From: Candidatus Kaelpia aquatica
Lineage (GTDB): Bacteria; Omnitrophota; Gorgyraeia; Kaelpiales; Kaelpiaceae
Length of the DNA stretch: 64,000 bases
Assembly: GCA_030765335.1 (NCBI GenBank)
Contig: JAVCCU010000030.1
Span: 5,324-69,323, forward strand
Direction: 5' to 3'
This document shows, piece by piece, positions 1 through 9,664 of this stretch (position 1 is the stretch's first letter; each line of letters starts with the position of its first letter). The notes under the pieces were generated by a model. That model was not told where the DNA came from, ran no database searches, and saw nothing but the letters and a program-made list of their open reading frames with translations. The translations under genes were made by a program, and so were the position numbers.

Positions 1-1156
1 ATATCGTATAAACAGCAAAAATATTACTTTGCCATGCAGCAAGTGTAATAGAGGTCATAGCTAGTGAATTTAAATCAACCGCAGGAAGTTTTACTTCATC
101 AATCATTATATGTAGACCAGGTCTTCTATAAGAAATATCCTCAATAGATCCTGGATTAATTATTGCTTGCCACACAAACAACCATAGATTATAACGGAAA
201 ACATATTTTAGTAACCCAAAATATTGTTTTTTCTCAAAACAATAATTTATCTTTTTTAAATCTTCAACGGAAATAAGTTCCTTAAAACTCTTTTGTTCCA
301 CGTTTAAATACACAGAATTTCTGTACAATGGAAAATTATTACCAATTTTATTTAAAACTAAATTTAAATTATATCTTAATAAATTAAATTCATAAAAATA
401 TCTATGTTCAAGAACACCGTTGGTTAATTTGTTTAATATGCTTATTAAATCAGCAGAATTCAACTGAGCAGAAGTGGGAAGTTGATACCAACCGACAGAC
501 ATACAGGGGGTAAATATAAACCCTTTTATAAAATTGTTATGCTCCAAAGCAAAATCTAATAAGCTTTTAACTTCTTCTTCATTGATATTACGAGCAACAG
601 TGACTGAAAGCCACACTTTAATCTTGCCAGATCTTTTCAAATTATTTAAGGCTTCAAGTTTTGAATAATGACAAGTAGAATCCCCTCTTAAGCGTGTAGC
701 AATATTCTCATTAAGGCTATCGATAGACAAAAATATTTTTTTAACACCAGCTTTAATAAGCTTATCTACATAATTTTCATCAGCAAGCTTAATTCCATTT
801 GTATACAAAATAGGTACATTCCCAGACAACTTAATCACTTTAATTATATCAAATAGATCATCCCTTAAAGTCGGTTCTCCTCCTAAAAGAAGAATTTTTT
901 TATTTTTCCCAATCCGAGATAAAATCTGTCGTATGGTTTCAAGGCTCATTTCATCAAAGCTAAAACCCCCTTCTTCATTCTGAGCATAACAAACTTTACA
1001 AAACATATTACACCGATTAGTTATGGCTAAAGCAACATTTGAACTTCGTTTTTTAATATTTCTCCAGTTATTTTCATTTATAGGAATCCTTAAATCTTCA
1101 TAATCAAGTATGCTAGTATCTAGCTTCGCATAGTTATTACAAATTTTCATCTGCAT
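1..1156 (-). CDS. Radical SAM protein (5' portion; C-terminus lies beyond the window start)
   Basis: Minus-strand ORF reading MQMKICNNYAKLD...AITNRCNMFCKVCYAQ, with a canonical CxxxCxxC 4Fe-4S/SAM motif near the N-terminus. A strong SD (GGAGGTGA) sits 6 nt upstream of the ATG at 1156. It is absent from the ORF track only because it runs off the window edge. Confidence 0.75.
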   Translation of the reverse strand, partial: MQMKICNNYAKLDTSILDYEDLRIPINENNWRNIKKRSSNVALAITNRCNMFCKVCYAQNEEGGFSFDEMSLETIRQILSRIGKNKKILLLGGEPTLRDDLFDIIKVIKLSGNVPILYTNGIKLADENYVDKLIKAGVKKIFLSIDSLNENIATRLRGDSTCHYSKLEALNNLKRSGKIKVWLSVTVARNINEEEVKSLLDFALEHNNFIKGFIFTPCMSVGWYQLPTSAQLNSADLISILNKLTNGVLEHRYFYEFNLLRYNLNLVLNKIGNNFPLYRNSVYLNVEQKSFKELISVEDLKKINYCFEKKQYFGLLKYVFRYNLWLFVWQAIINPGSIEDISYRRPGLHIMIDEVKLPAVDLNSLAMTSITLAAWQSNIFAVYTI

Positions 1157-1267
1157 TTCTCACCTCCTAATTGACTTTATCACTCAATTATAGTTTATCT
1201 CCATTTTCCATACAAATTCAATCAAATTCGTAAATAAATAAACCTGCTTGATTTTATATAAAATTTA

Positions 1268-2251
1268 TCACTTTGCTTTAACAGGACATTGTTTACACAT
1301 AAACACATCTCTTCCCTGAGGAGTAATTAAATATTTAATTATTCTACCGACATTACTCCAATTACTTTTCTTTAATTTACACCACATCTCTTCAATACTC
1401 TCGTTATTTATATTCCCCATAAAAGTATTTTCTTGTTTTAGGCAACAAAAATGAATATCGCCGCTTGGAAAAGCAGTTAGCATAAAACAATTATGCTTTA
1501 AAATAAACTTTTTAATTTTTTCCAAAATAATGCTTGGACTTAAAAATTGATTTTGGCTTAAAAACAAACTTTTTATTTCAATAATATCTTCAACAGAAAT
1601 CATTTCACTTATCTCCAAATCTTCTGCATTCCCTACAGGCATAACTAACTTAAACGAAACCTTGGGATTAAATTCACGTATTATTGTAAGTAAATCTGGA
1701 AAATATTTTTTCAACCCTTTGCTGTACCGAATAGCCAAATGAAACTTCATGTCTAAATCTTTTAGAACCTTAAAACAGTTATAATAATTGCTAATTGGTA
1801 TATGTTCCAAATGAAATGCATCAAAACTGATAAATATTTTTCTTATCCCATATTTGTTTTTTAATATATTCAATTTCTCATATGTCTCTTTATTATCCTG
1901 AGCCCAGAGACATGAAGTAATAATTGAAATTCTATTAGAGGAATAGTATTTTTTAAGTTCTCTAACCGCATATAATAATTTATTAAAAACAGTAAATGGC
2001 TCACCACCTGAAATTCTGACATTTCTTACACCAATATTTTTAAACGATTTTGACAAAACTGTTATATTTTCTTTAGACATATCGCATTTATCCAACTTCC
2101 CATAAACACAAAAAGAGCAATTTGCAGCACATCTTGTTGTAATAAGCAAGTCTCCAAATATAAAAGGAAATAATTTATAATAAAATATACTTGAATAATG
2201 CAATACTTTCTGTATTTTAGATGTGCTCATTCTAATATCAAAATTAATCAC
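1268..2251 (-). CDS. Radical SAM protein with Cys-rich C-terminus (SPASM/twitch-like auxiliary cluster candidate)
   Basis: TTRCAANCSFCVYG carries the CxxxCxxC motif, and GGEP follows in the glycine-rich SAM-binding region. The C-terminal 70 aa hold 6 Cys (HFCCLKQ...WCKLK...MCKQCP). Confidence 0.75.
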   Translation of the reverse strand: MINFDIRMSTSKIQKVLHYSSIFYYKLFPFIFGDLLITTRCAANCSFCVYGKLDKCDMSKENITVLSKSFKNIGVRNVRISGGEPFTVFNKLLYAVRELKKYYSSNRISIITSCLWAQDNKETYEKLNILKNKYGIRKIFISFDAFHLEHIPISNYYNCFKVLKDLDMKFHLAIRYSKGLKKYFPDLLTIIREFNPKVSFKLVMPVGNAEDLEISEMISVEDIIEIKSLFLSQNQFLSPSIILEKIKKFILKHNCFMLTAFPSGDIHFCCLKQENTFMGNINNESIEEMWCKLKKSNWSNVGRIIKYLITPQGRDVFMCKQCPVKAK

Positions 2252-2287
2252 TCAATTCACTCCTTTTCTTATATGTAACAAGTACAA

Positions 2288-3847
2288 TTAGTTAGATTTA
2301 CTTGTAGTATCAAACAAGCTTACTATAACACCATCAAACTCTTGCTCTTGAATTTTTGGGTATCGCTGTTCAAACCAGCTTTTAACCGCTAACGATTCAG
2401 GATCTAGCTCTCCCTTTCTATCCCAGGAAGACGAAATAACCCAAACTCTGTCAGGGGATGGTGACAAAAATTCTTTTGATAAATTTATTATAGTCTTATT
2501 CCAGCTTTTCTGCGGCTCTATTAATTCTTTTAACACGTATACATCCTGAGAAGATGGTATATAAAAAAAGTAGAAAATATTTTCCTCACCCCAGTAATAA
2601 GGAATAGAGCAATTCACGCTCATGCTAGAAAAACCAACTGCATCGAACTTTTGCAAATTATTTTTGATATAATTTACAATCGGCTTAAAAGGCTCTTTTA
2701 TATAGTTCCCATATCCAGCAGAAGTAACTGTAGGAGCTGGGGCATAATTCTTATAATAATTTAAAATAGAAGAACCACACAAAAAAAGATATAACAAAAC
2801 AAGAATTTTTCCTACGTTCTTTTTTCTAAATAAAATAAATCCATAACTAAGCATAGATAAATAAAATGGTAAAAATATTATCATTTTTCTTATTAGGTAT
2901 ACCGATCTAATTTGAGAGACTAAAAATATTAAAAAAATTGGAATAAAAAATAGAATAAAAAAATTTAGCACTGCATTTATTTTTTTTCTATCATGGATAA
3001 AACAACTCAAAATTAGAAAGGGTGTAATGATTCGCGCAGCTAAGTAACTTATATTGTAACTATTATATCCTACATTAATAACATCCCAGGTGCAAATCAA
3101 AGTTTTTAATGAAGGTTTATTTATCCAGAAATTATCTTTTCTAAGCACATTTATTCCTTCTTGCATAATCATTAACAACCAAGGTAAAAAAAATAAAAGG
3201 CTCACCATCCAGCACATTATTACTTTAGGAACTAAACTCCATTTTTTCTCTAAAAAAAGAATGATTAATTCAGGAATAATAAGCAGAACTATAAAATAGC
3301 TGGAATACAACCCTAAAGTCGTACTAATGATAAATAAAATCCACAAATGAATTTTGTATTCCTTTTTTAGCAAAGAAATAAAAAAATAAATACTACAAAT
3401 AGAAAAGAATGTTGCTAGCGCTCCTCCTCTGGCTTCCTGAGAATACCATATATGCATAGGAGAAAAACTTAAAAGAACAGCAGAAATTAAACCTATATGT
3501 TTGTCAAAAAGAAGAGTTGTGAGTTTATAGATCCCAAAAATGCTTAATAACCCAAAAAACATTGCTGTAAATCTGAAAATAAATTCCGACTTTTGGAAAG
3601 CAAAAAGCAATACTGATGTGACTAATGAATAAAGCGGCGTCGAATCATCGCCGCTTATAGATTCGCTACCGATAGCTATATGCGCAGTCAAAGCCTCATC
3701 ATACCAGAGGTCATTAAATCCCAAATGATATAATCTTAGAGTTAAAGCTACAGTTAATATGAGTAATAACGGTAGGTACTTTTTTATGATTCGATACATA
3801 TTATAAAAATATAGAAATAAACCATACTGTTCCAGAGAATAACCCAA
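2288..3847 (-). CDS. GT-C family membrane glycosyltransferase (ArnT / PMT-like, GT39/GT83 type)
   Basis: About 11 predicted TM helices. The N-terminal loop motif NDLWYDEALTA matches the DE/DD loop of ArnT/PMT enzymes, and the roughly 150-aa C-terminus is soluble. The likely true start is the internal Met (MYRIIKKYLPLLL, about 3799), which removes the overlap with the upstream gene. Confidence 0.65.
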   Translation of the reverse strand: MGYSLEQYGLFLYFYNMYRIIKKYLPLLLILTVALTLRLYHLGFNDLWYDEALTAHIAIGSESISGDDSTPLYSLVTSVLLFAFQKSEFIFRFTAMFFGLLSIFGIYKLTTLLFDKHIGLISAVLLSFSPMHIWYSQEARGGALATFFSICSIYFFISLLKKEYKIHLWILFIISTTLGLYSSYFIVLLIIPELIILFLEKKWSLVPKVIMCWMVSLLFFLPWLLMIMQEGINVLRKDNFWINKPSLKTLICTWDVINVGYNSYNISYLAARIITPFLILSCFIHDRKKINAVLNFFILFFIPIFLIFLVSQIRSVYLIRKMIIFLPFYLSMLSYGFILFRKKNVGKILVLLYLFLCGSSILNYYKNYAPAPTVTSAGYGNYIKEPFKPIVNYIKNNLQKFDAVGFSSMSVNCSIPYYWGEENIFYFFYIPSSQDVYVLKELIEPQKSWNKTIINLSKEFLSPSPDRVWVISSSWDRKGELDPESLAVKSWFEQRYPKIQEQEFDGVIVSLFDTTSKSN

Positions 3848-4586
3848 ACATGCGAAATCTAAACCTTGTTTTAAAAGTTATACCTTTAAAAAATATTTCT
3901 CCAAGCATGTACAATTGGAATATAGATAATGCCATAAAAGCAACCATATTAATTATTCTAAACGTACATAGATATACGCTAACCCCAATACCCAAAATAC
4001 TAAAAATCATGCAAACATAATTAATTATTTTTTTACCATAAAAAACAGCACTGGTATTAATACCCGCAGAGACATCTTCATCTATGTCTCTTACCTCATG
4101 TACAAGCTGCATAATTCCAAGTAACAAAGTGAGTAACAAAAAAATTGAAAAAGATCTTAAATCAAAATTGTCAACTTCAAAATACCCTATTAAAAAGATC
4201 TGCGGAAAAGCCAACATACAACATAAGGTTCCGATTATAGGAATCTTTTTAAAACGAAAAGGTTTTACAGAATATATTATTTGTAGTGCCAAGAACAGAG
4301 CAAGAGGTACCCATTGCTTGGATGAGATAAGATGTCCACATATTATTAACAAAACTAATGGATATATAAACAATATAGATTTTTTTTCATGGTCAGTAAA
4401 ATCATTCAAAGCATAAATAAAAGCTAGAGCAAAAGAACAAATTAATAAAGTAAAGACCCCAATACCAGCTGTTTTATCGGCTATTAAAGTACCTAGAATA
4501 ATAAATCCTAAGTGATAAAGCCAATCATGAATACGATATACATCTATTTTGTCAATTTTCCTATTAATTGAAAATATTCTTTCCAT
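3801..4586 (-). CDS. UbiA-superfamily polyprenyl transferase (DGGGP-synthase/DPPR-synthase-like)
   Basis: Polytopic membrane protein. The first Asp-rich motif is ALNDFTDHE (NDxxDxE). The second is VRDIDEDVSAGINTSAV, matching the DxxxDxxxGxxTxxV motif of UbiA-family prenyltransferases. Confidence 0.6.
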   Translation of the reverse strand: MERIFSINRKIDKIDVYRIHDWLYHLGFIILGTLIADKTAGIGVFTLLICSFALAFIYALNDFTDHEKKSILFIYPLVLLIICGHLISSKQWVPLALFLALQIIYSVKPFRFKKIPIIGTLCCMLAFPQIFLIGYFEVDNFDLRSFSIFLLLTLLLGIMQLVHEVRDIDEDVSAGINTSAVFYGKKIINYVCMIFSILGIGVSVYLCTFRIINMVAFMALSIFQLYMLGEIFFKGITFKTRFRFRMFGLFSGTVWFISIFL

Positions 4587-4864
4587 TTTTGATAAATATT
4601 AACAAATTAAAGATAGAAAATCTACTGTCTTTTTAGAGCACTTATTTCTTGAATATTCTAAATTGCATCTATAAATAAGTATACCTTGATATGGAAGTCC
4701 CTTTAATCCGTTTTAATTCATATTTGCAGTAACTAATATGAATAAAAAATTTTAATTAATCTATAGCTAAAAGAAACTACCTGATATTTTTTTAAAAACA
4801 AAATAAATTTTATACAATCCGAAAAAATCTGCTTTTCCTATAATGATTGCTTTATACAACTCTT

Positions 4865-6150
4865 TTACCAAATTCTCTCGCTGTATTCTAACTGCCATTT
4901 TGCGCAATAATTTAACACCCAAATGCAATAGTTCATTTTTTTACTATTCCAAAACTCCATTAATTTAATTCCATCTTTCAATCCTATTCTATTCTGAATA
5001 TCCTGCGCAAGTTTGGTCTCAGGAAAAGGTTGGAAATTAAAAAAATGTGTAACAGAAGGAGAAAGCTTTTTTATATACCAAACACTTTTTCTAACAGTAT
5101 ATTCTGTTTCCTCATAACAACCTATAATCATATAAATCAACGAGGCTATGCTATATCTTTTTAAATAATCTAGAGCTTTTTCAATATTTTTATTGGTTAT
5201 TTTTTTGTTGTAAACCCGACTACGGATATCTTCATCGCCAGATTCCACTCCAATGCCTACCATTATGCATCCTGCTTCAGATGCAAGTTTAGCCCATTGA
5301 TTAGTCATTTTATCTGCTCGAATATGGCAAAACCACTTTATTTTTTTATACAACCACGATTTCTTATAAAGTGAGCAGAATTCGTAAAACCAATCGATAT
5401 CCAACCCAAAATTATCGTCCACAAAGTCAATGCACCGAAACCCTTTATTCCAAAATCTACCTGTTTCCGTCTCAATCTCTTCAATTATACATTGAGGACT
5501 GCGCAGTCTAAAATATTTTCCCGGAAAGTTTTTTCTGATTGCTGGAGAAGAAACAAAAGCTACAATCATACAAACAGCCTCTTGAAACTACAAATGGTAG
5601 GGATGAAAAAGCTGGTTTTGATGTATTTAGAAACACCAAAAATATCTCTTTTAGGAAATGGCAAACTATCTAAATCGCCTTTAAAAGGCCTTGACTCATT
5701 TTTTATGATCTCCTGATTATTTTTTTTATACCAAATTCCTTGAACAAAAGGCTCCTCGTCTTGCTCTAATCTATCTAAATACTCTAGAAATGCTTCCTCC
5801 CCTTCTCCAACACAAACTGCATCCACTCCTGAATACCTTAACATCACTTCGGGCAACAAAGTAGAATAAATACCTCCAAACATAATCAAGATAGAAGAAT
5901 GTCTCTGCTTAAGAAATCTTGCAATCTCTACTGCGTAATCAATATTGGCACTGTTTACTGAAAAAGCAGCTACACCAGGTACATCATTTTGAACTTCACT
6001 TAAAATAAATTTTTTATAATTTTTGGCACAAAATGCCAAATCTATAAGCTGGACTTTATGTTTTATAGAAACAGAACTAACAGTATATGGCAGCCCTAAA
6101 TATAAATACGGATAAGGGCTTTGTGGACAATTAATTAAACTTACTTTCAT
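4865..6150 (-). pseudogene. Degenerate, split class-B (B12-binding) radical SAM paralogue. ORF 5566-6150 is the B12-binding domain and ORF 4865-5569 is the rSAM/C-terminal part
   Basis: Both pieces are collinear paralogues of the intact gene at 6147-7568 (EGEEAFLEYLD vs EGEEALLELCD; KNFPGKYFRLRS vs SNFPKVYRLRS). The Cx3Cx2C cluster motif (CPFNCAFCSNF in the intact copy) is replaced by AFVSSPAIRKNF. The reading frame is broken at that exact position by a 4-nt ATGA overlap. Confidence 0.55.
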
Positions 6151-7568
6151 TGATTTCGAAACATTCCAACAAAAAAATCAATTTTATTTGCAAAATTATT
6201 ATAAAATTGACGCGAAAAAATTCTTTTTATACTTCTTGCTGGCGAAAGATAAAACGCTTTATATGCTTTATTTAGCATAGTAAATAATTCTTTTTTTGAC
6301 AATGATTCTTCCCATACAGGAGGAGAAAAATTTTCAAACGGATTTAAAACAAAATTTTTCCAAATATCATCGGAAAACAAGCCTCTTTCTACAGCTAAAT
6401 CATACAACTTTGTATCAGGAAATAACGTCAATATGGAAAAAATTGCATAATCCGGTTTTAATTTTCTAGCAAAATTTATAGTTTTTGCAATATCATTGTG
6501 GGTTTTTTCATGCGGGCAGCCAATCATAAAATAGGCTAAAGATAAAATTCTAGTTTTTCTAGTTAAATAAAATGCTCTTTTTGCTTCTTCTATTGTAATG
6601 CCTTTATTTAAAATACATAGCCCTTCATTTGTAGATGTCTCAACACCGTAATTAATAGCTCTGCACCCTGCCCGTTTAGCTAAAAATAGCATTTTTTCTT
6701 CAATATTGTTGACTCTTGCTCTAAAACTCCAGCTAATATTTAAATTCCTATTCAAAATCTCTTCACTTATCTCAATTACTCGTGAAGGAGTAATATTAAA
6801 TGTTTCATCATAAAAAATCAAATAATTAAAACCCTGATGTTTACATTCTTCCATCTCATCAACAATATTTTTTACTGAACGGAGACGGTATACTTTTGGA
6901 AAATTACTGCAAAATGCACAATTAAAAGGGCAGCCTCGACTGCTAATGATAAACGCGGAAGATTTTACGCTATTTTGAAATTTTAAATACGATTTATCTA
7001 ACTTTATTACCGAGCTTCTATCCGGGAAAGGTAACGAATCTAGATTTTCAATTAATCGAGTTTCATCTGAAAGATCAATATCTATTTTATCTTTAGTTAT
7101 CAGACCTTTAATTCCTGACAAATCAGCTTTTTCTTCTAAAGCATCGCAGAGCTCTAATAATGCTTCTTCACCCTCTCCTAAAATTACAGAATCAATGCAG
7201 GAAAAACTAAGAGATTCTCTGGGAAACATGCTAGCATGGACTCCTCCTAAAACAACGTGAATCTGGGGTAAAATATCCTTAATTAATTTTGCCAATGAAA
7301 TCATATCTATCCAATTAACCGTATAGCCAGTAATTCCAATTAAATCGGGTTTATAAAATGATAAAAAATCTCTGATTTTCAAAACTGAAGCACTATCTTC
7401 TTTACTACAATCCAATACTTCAACTTTATGTTTAGAATTATACTGCAGATAAGCGGATAAATATAAAAGCCCCAATGGCATAGAATATTTCTCCCTTGCT
7501 ATAATAAATTCGGGCAATTGAGAATAAATCATATTTTCTAGGGGAGGATTGATTAGCAATATTTTCAC
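6147..7568 (-). CDS. B12-binding (class B) radical SAM enzyme
   Basis: The N-terminal cobalamin-binding domain fold is followed by SSRGCPFNCAFCS (CxxxCxxC) and a full-length rSAM core, 473 aa in all. The LDSLPFPDR linker is typical of B12-rSAM proteins. Confidence 0.85.
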   Translation of the reverse strand: MKILLINPPLENMIYSQLPEFIIAREKYSMPLGLLYLSAYLQYNSKHKVEVLDCSKEDSASVLKIRDFLSFYKPDLIGITGYTVNWIDMISLAKLIKDILPQIHVVLGGVHASMFPRESLSFSCIDSVILGEGEEALLELCDALEEKADLSGIKGLITKDKIDIDLSDETRLIENLDSLPFPDRSSVIKLDKSYLKFQNSVKSSAFIISSRGCPFNCAFCSNFPKVYRLRSVKNIVDEMEECKHQGFNYLIFYDETFNITPSRVIEISEEILNRNLNISWSFRARVNNIEEKMLFLAKRAGCRAINYGVETSTNEGLCILNKGITIEEAKRAFYLTRKTRILSLAYFMIGCPHEKTHNDIAKTINFARKLKPDYAIFSILTLFPDTKLYDLAVERGLFSDDIWKNFVLNPFENFSPPVWEESLSKKELFTMLNKAYKAFYLSPARSIKRIFSRQFYNNFANKIDFFVGMFRNQ

Positions 7569-7589
7569 TATTTAGAAAGTAAGAATTGC

Positions 7590-8162
7590 TTATTCTAATA
7601 ACAATTCGTTTTTTACTCTATAGAGAGTATCTTTTTCATAGGGATTCTGTATATATTTTTCAGCTCTTTCCAGAGACTCAAACGCTTTGTCTTCCTCCCC
7701 TAGCTTCAGATATATTTCAGCCAAAGTGATATAACACAATCCTTTTTCGGGGTTGATTTCAATAGCTTTATTAATCAATTTAAAAGCTTTATCATATTCC
7801 ATTTTTACTTTATAACACTCAGCCAAATTGTTATAAACACTTGAGTCTGAGTAATCAGGTTTAATATCTAGCGCTTTTTGATACCATACAATAGCACTTT
7901 CATATTCACCTTGAATAATATATATATTACCCACTTTCTTACAAAAAGTATAATTACTAGGGTCTAATTCCAGCCACTTTTTAAATTCATGCTCAGCCAA
8001 AAGGAATTCCCCCTCTTCCACAAATATCCTTCCTAGCTCTAAATTCTTTTCAACTTCACTATTACCTAATTCAGGATTTTCTTCTCCAAAAACAGGTAGA
8101 GAGTAACACACAATGAACAACATAATAACTACTGTATATATAGATATAATTTTCCCCATCAT
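7590..8162 (-). CDS. TPR-repeat protein with signal peptide
   Basis: N-terminal hydrophobic signal peptide and repeated TPR consensus (W-LG-Y...A...Y-KAL...P). A strong SD (GGAGGTGAAT) lies upstream. Confidence 0.75.
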   Translation of the reverse strand: MMGKIISIYTVVIMLFIVCYSLPVFGEENPELGNSEVEKNLELGRIFVEEGEFLLAEHEFKKWLELDPSNYTFCKKVGNIYIIQGEYESAIVWYQKALDIKPDYSDSSVYNNLAECYKVKMEYDKAFKLINKAIEINPEKGLCYITLAEIYLKLGEEDKAFESLERAEKYIQNPYEKDTLYRVKNELLLE

Positions 8163-8368
8163 TCACCTCCTATTACAATTATTTTAAAACAAAAACTTTA
8201 AAAAATAAACATATAGTTTCCATAAAAAACATTAAAAATCCCGCTTAAATAAAACCAATAAAGATAATCTCTTATTAATATTCCAAAATCTATCTTAGAT
8301 AATCCATCTTTTGCCTTTCGCCTTCAAGATATTATTCTATGAAACAACCACTGTGAGCAAGTAATTTA

Positions 8369-9637
8369 TCAATTTATAACTGCTGTACCACCCATATAAG
8401 GACTTAAAGCGCTAGGTATTGAAAAAGAACCATCTTTCTGCTGATAGGTTTCAAGTAAACATATAATGACTCTGGCAAACGCAAGGCCAGATCCATTAAG
8501 AGTATGAGGATACACCATACTACCGTCTCTTCTTTTCAACTTAATATTAGAGCGTCTAGCCTGAAAATCAGTGAAATTAGAGCAGCTCGACACCTCAAGC
8601 CAACGTTCTAACCCAGGAGCCCAGGCCTCTAAATCATAACATTTAGAAGCTGCGAAAGAAAGATCCCCGGTTGATAATACTACAACCCTGTACTTTAACC
8701 CTAAAAGCTGCAATACCTCCTCAGCATCTTTAGTTAGTTTCTCATGTTCATCCCAAGAAGATTCAGGAGTAGTAATCTTTACCATCTCAACCTTATCAAA
8801 CTGATGTACTCTAATTAAACCTTTAGTATCTTTACCATAAGACCCTGCCTCTTTTCTAAAACAAGGAGTATAGGCCGTATAATATATAGGTAGAGCGTCT
8901 TCGCCTAAGGTCTCTCCTCTATGTATATTTGTTACAGGGACCTCAGCCGTAGGAATTAAGAAATAGTCTTCGCCTTCTAGCTTATACATATCATCTTCAA
9001 GCTTAGGTAACTGTCCTGTAGCAGTCATACTATCTCTATTAACAAGCAGAGGTGGCCAAACTTCACGATAAAGATGTTTTTCAGTATGCAAATCCAACAT
9101 GAAGTTCATCAATACTCTAACTAATTTAGCACCCAAACCTTTAAATAGAATAAAATTAGAACCTGTTATCTTGGTAGCTCGAGAGAAATCTATAATATCA
9201 AGATTTTCTCCAATCTCAACATGGGTTAAGGGCTTAAAATCAAACTTTTTACTTTCTCCCCACTCTCTAACTACTTTATTAGATGAAGCATCCGGTCCAA
9301 CTGGAACTGAATCATGAGGAATATTAGGGATATTCAATAGTAGTTCTTGCACCTCTTCTTCGATTTCTCTTAATTCCTGCTCTTTAAAACCTATCTTATC
9401 AGAGAGCTCTTTTAGCTCTTTTAATTTACCATCTATACTTTTGCCTTCTTTTTTTAATTTCGGAATCTGTTTATTCTCCTTATTATGTTTATGTCTTAAA
9501 TCATCAACCTCTTTTATGATCGCTCTTCTTCTCTCATCTAATTCCAAAAGATTGTTTATATCTAATTCCATGTTGCGATTTTTCAAAGACTCTCTTATTA
9601 AATCGCTATTTTCACGAATGAATTTTAAATCTAGCAT
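8369..9637 (-). CDS. serS: Seryl-tRNA synthetase
   Basis: N-terminal coiled-coil arm and a class II core with TAEVP and GLIRVHQFDKVE motifs. Full-length, 422 aa. Confidence 0.95.
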   Translation of the reverse strand: MLDLKFIRENSDLIRESLKNRNMELDINNLLELDERRRAIIKEVDDLRHKHNKENKQIPKLKKEGKSIDGKLKELKELSDKIGFKEQELREIEEEVQELLLNIPNIPHDSVPVGPDASSNKVVREWGESKKFDFKPLTHVEIGENLDIIDFSRATKITGSNFILFKGLGAKLVRVLMNFMLDLHTEKHLYREVWPPLLVNRDSMTATGQLPKLEDDMYKLEGEDYFLIPTAEVPVTNIHRGETLGEDALPIYYTAYTPCFRKEAGSYGKDTKGLIRVHQFDKVEMVKITTPESSWDEHEKLTKDAEEVLQLLGLKYRVVVLSTGDLSFAASKCYDLEAWAPGLERWLEVSSCSNFTDFQARRSNIKLKRRDGSMVYPHTLNGSGLAFARVIICLLETYQQKDGSFSIPSALSPYMGGTAVIN

Positions 9638-9664
9638 GCAACCTCCTTTTTTTCAAATCTATAT

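Noticed and set aside
3090-3299. Short plus-strand ORFs embedded in minus-strand genes. Examples are 3090-3299, 4084-4416, 5492-5716, 9099-9317, 9441-9746, 10546-10743, 10910-11203, 11358-11687, 13578-13856 and many later ones in the ORF track
   Set aside because: They are wholly antisense to long ORFs that carry clear conserved motifs, and they have low-complexity or hydrophobic composition. No RBS is evident. They are typical shadow ORFs in AT-rich DNA.
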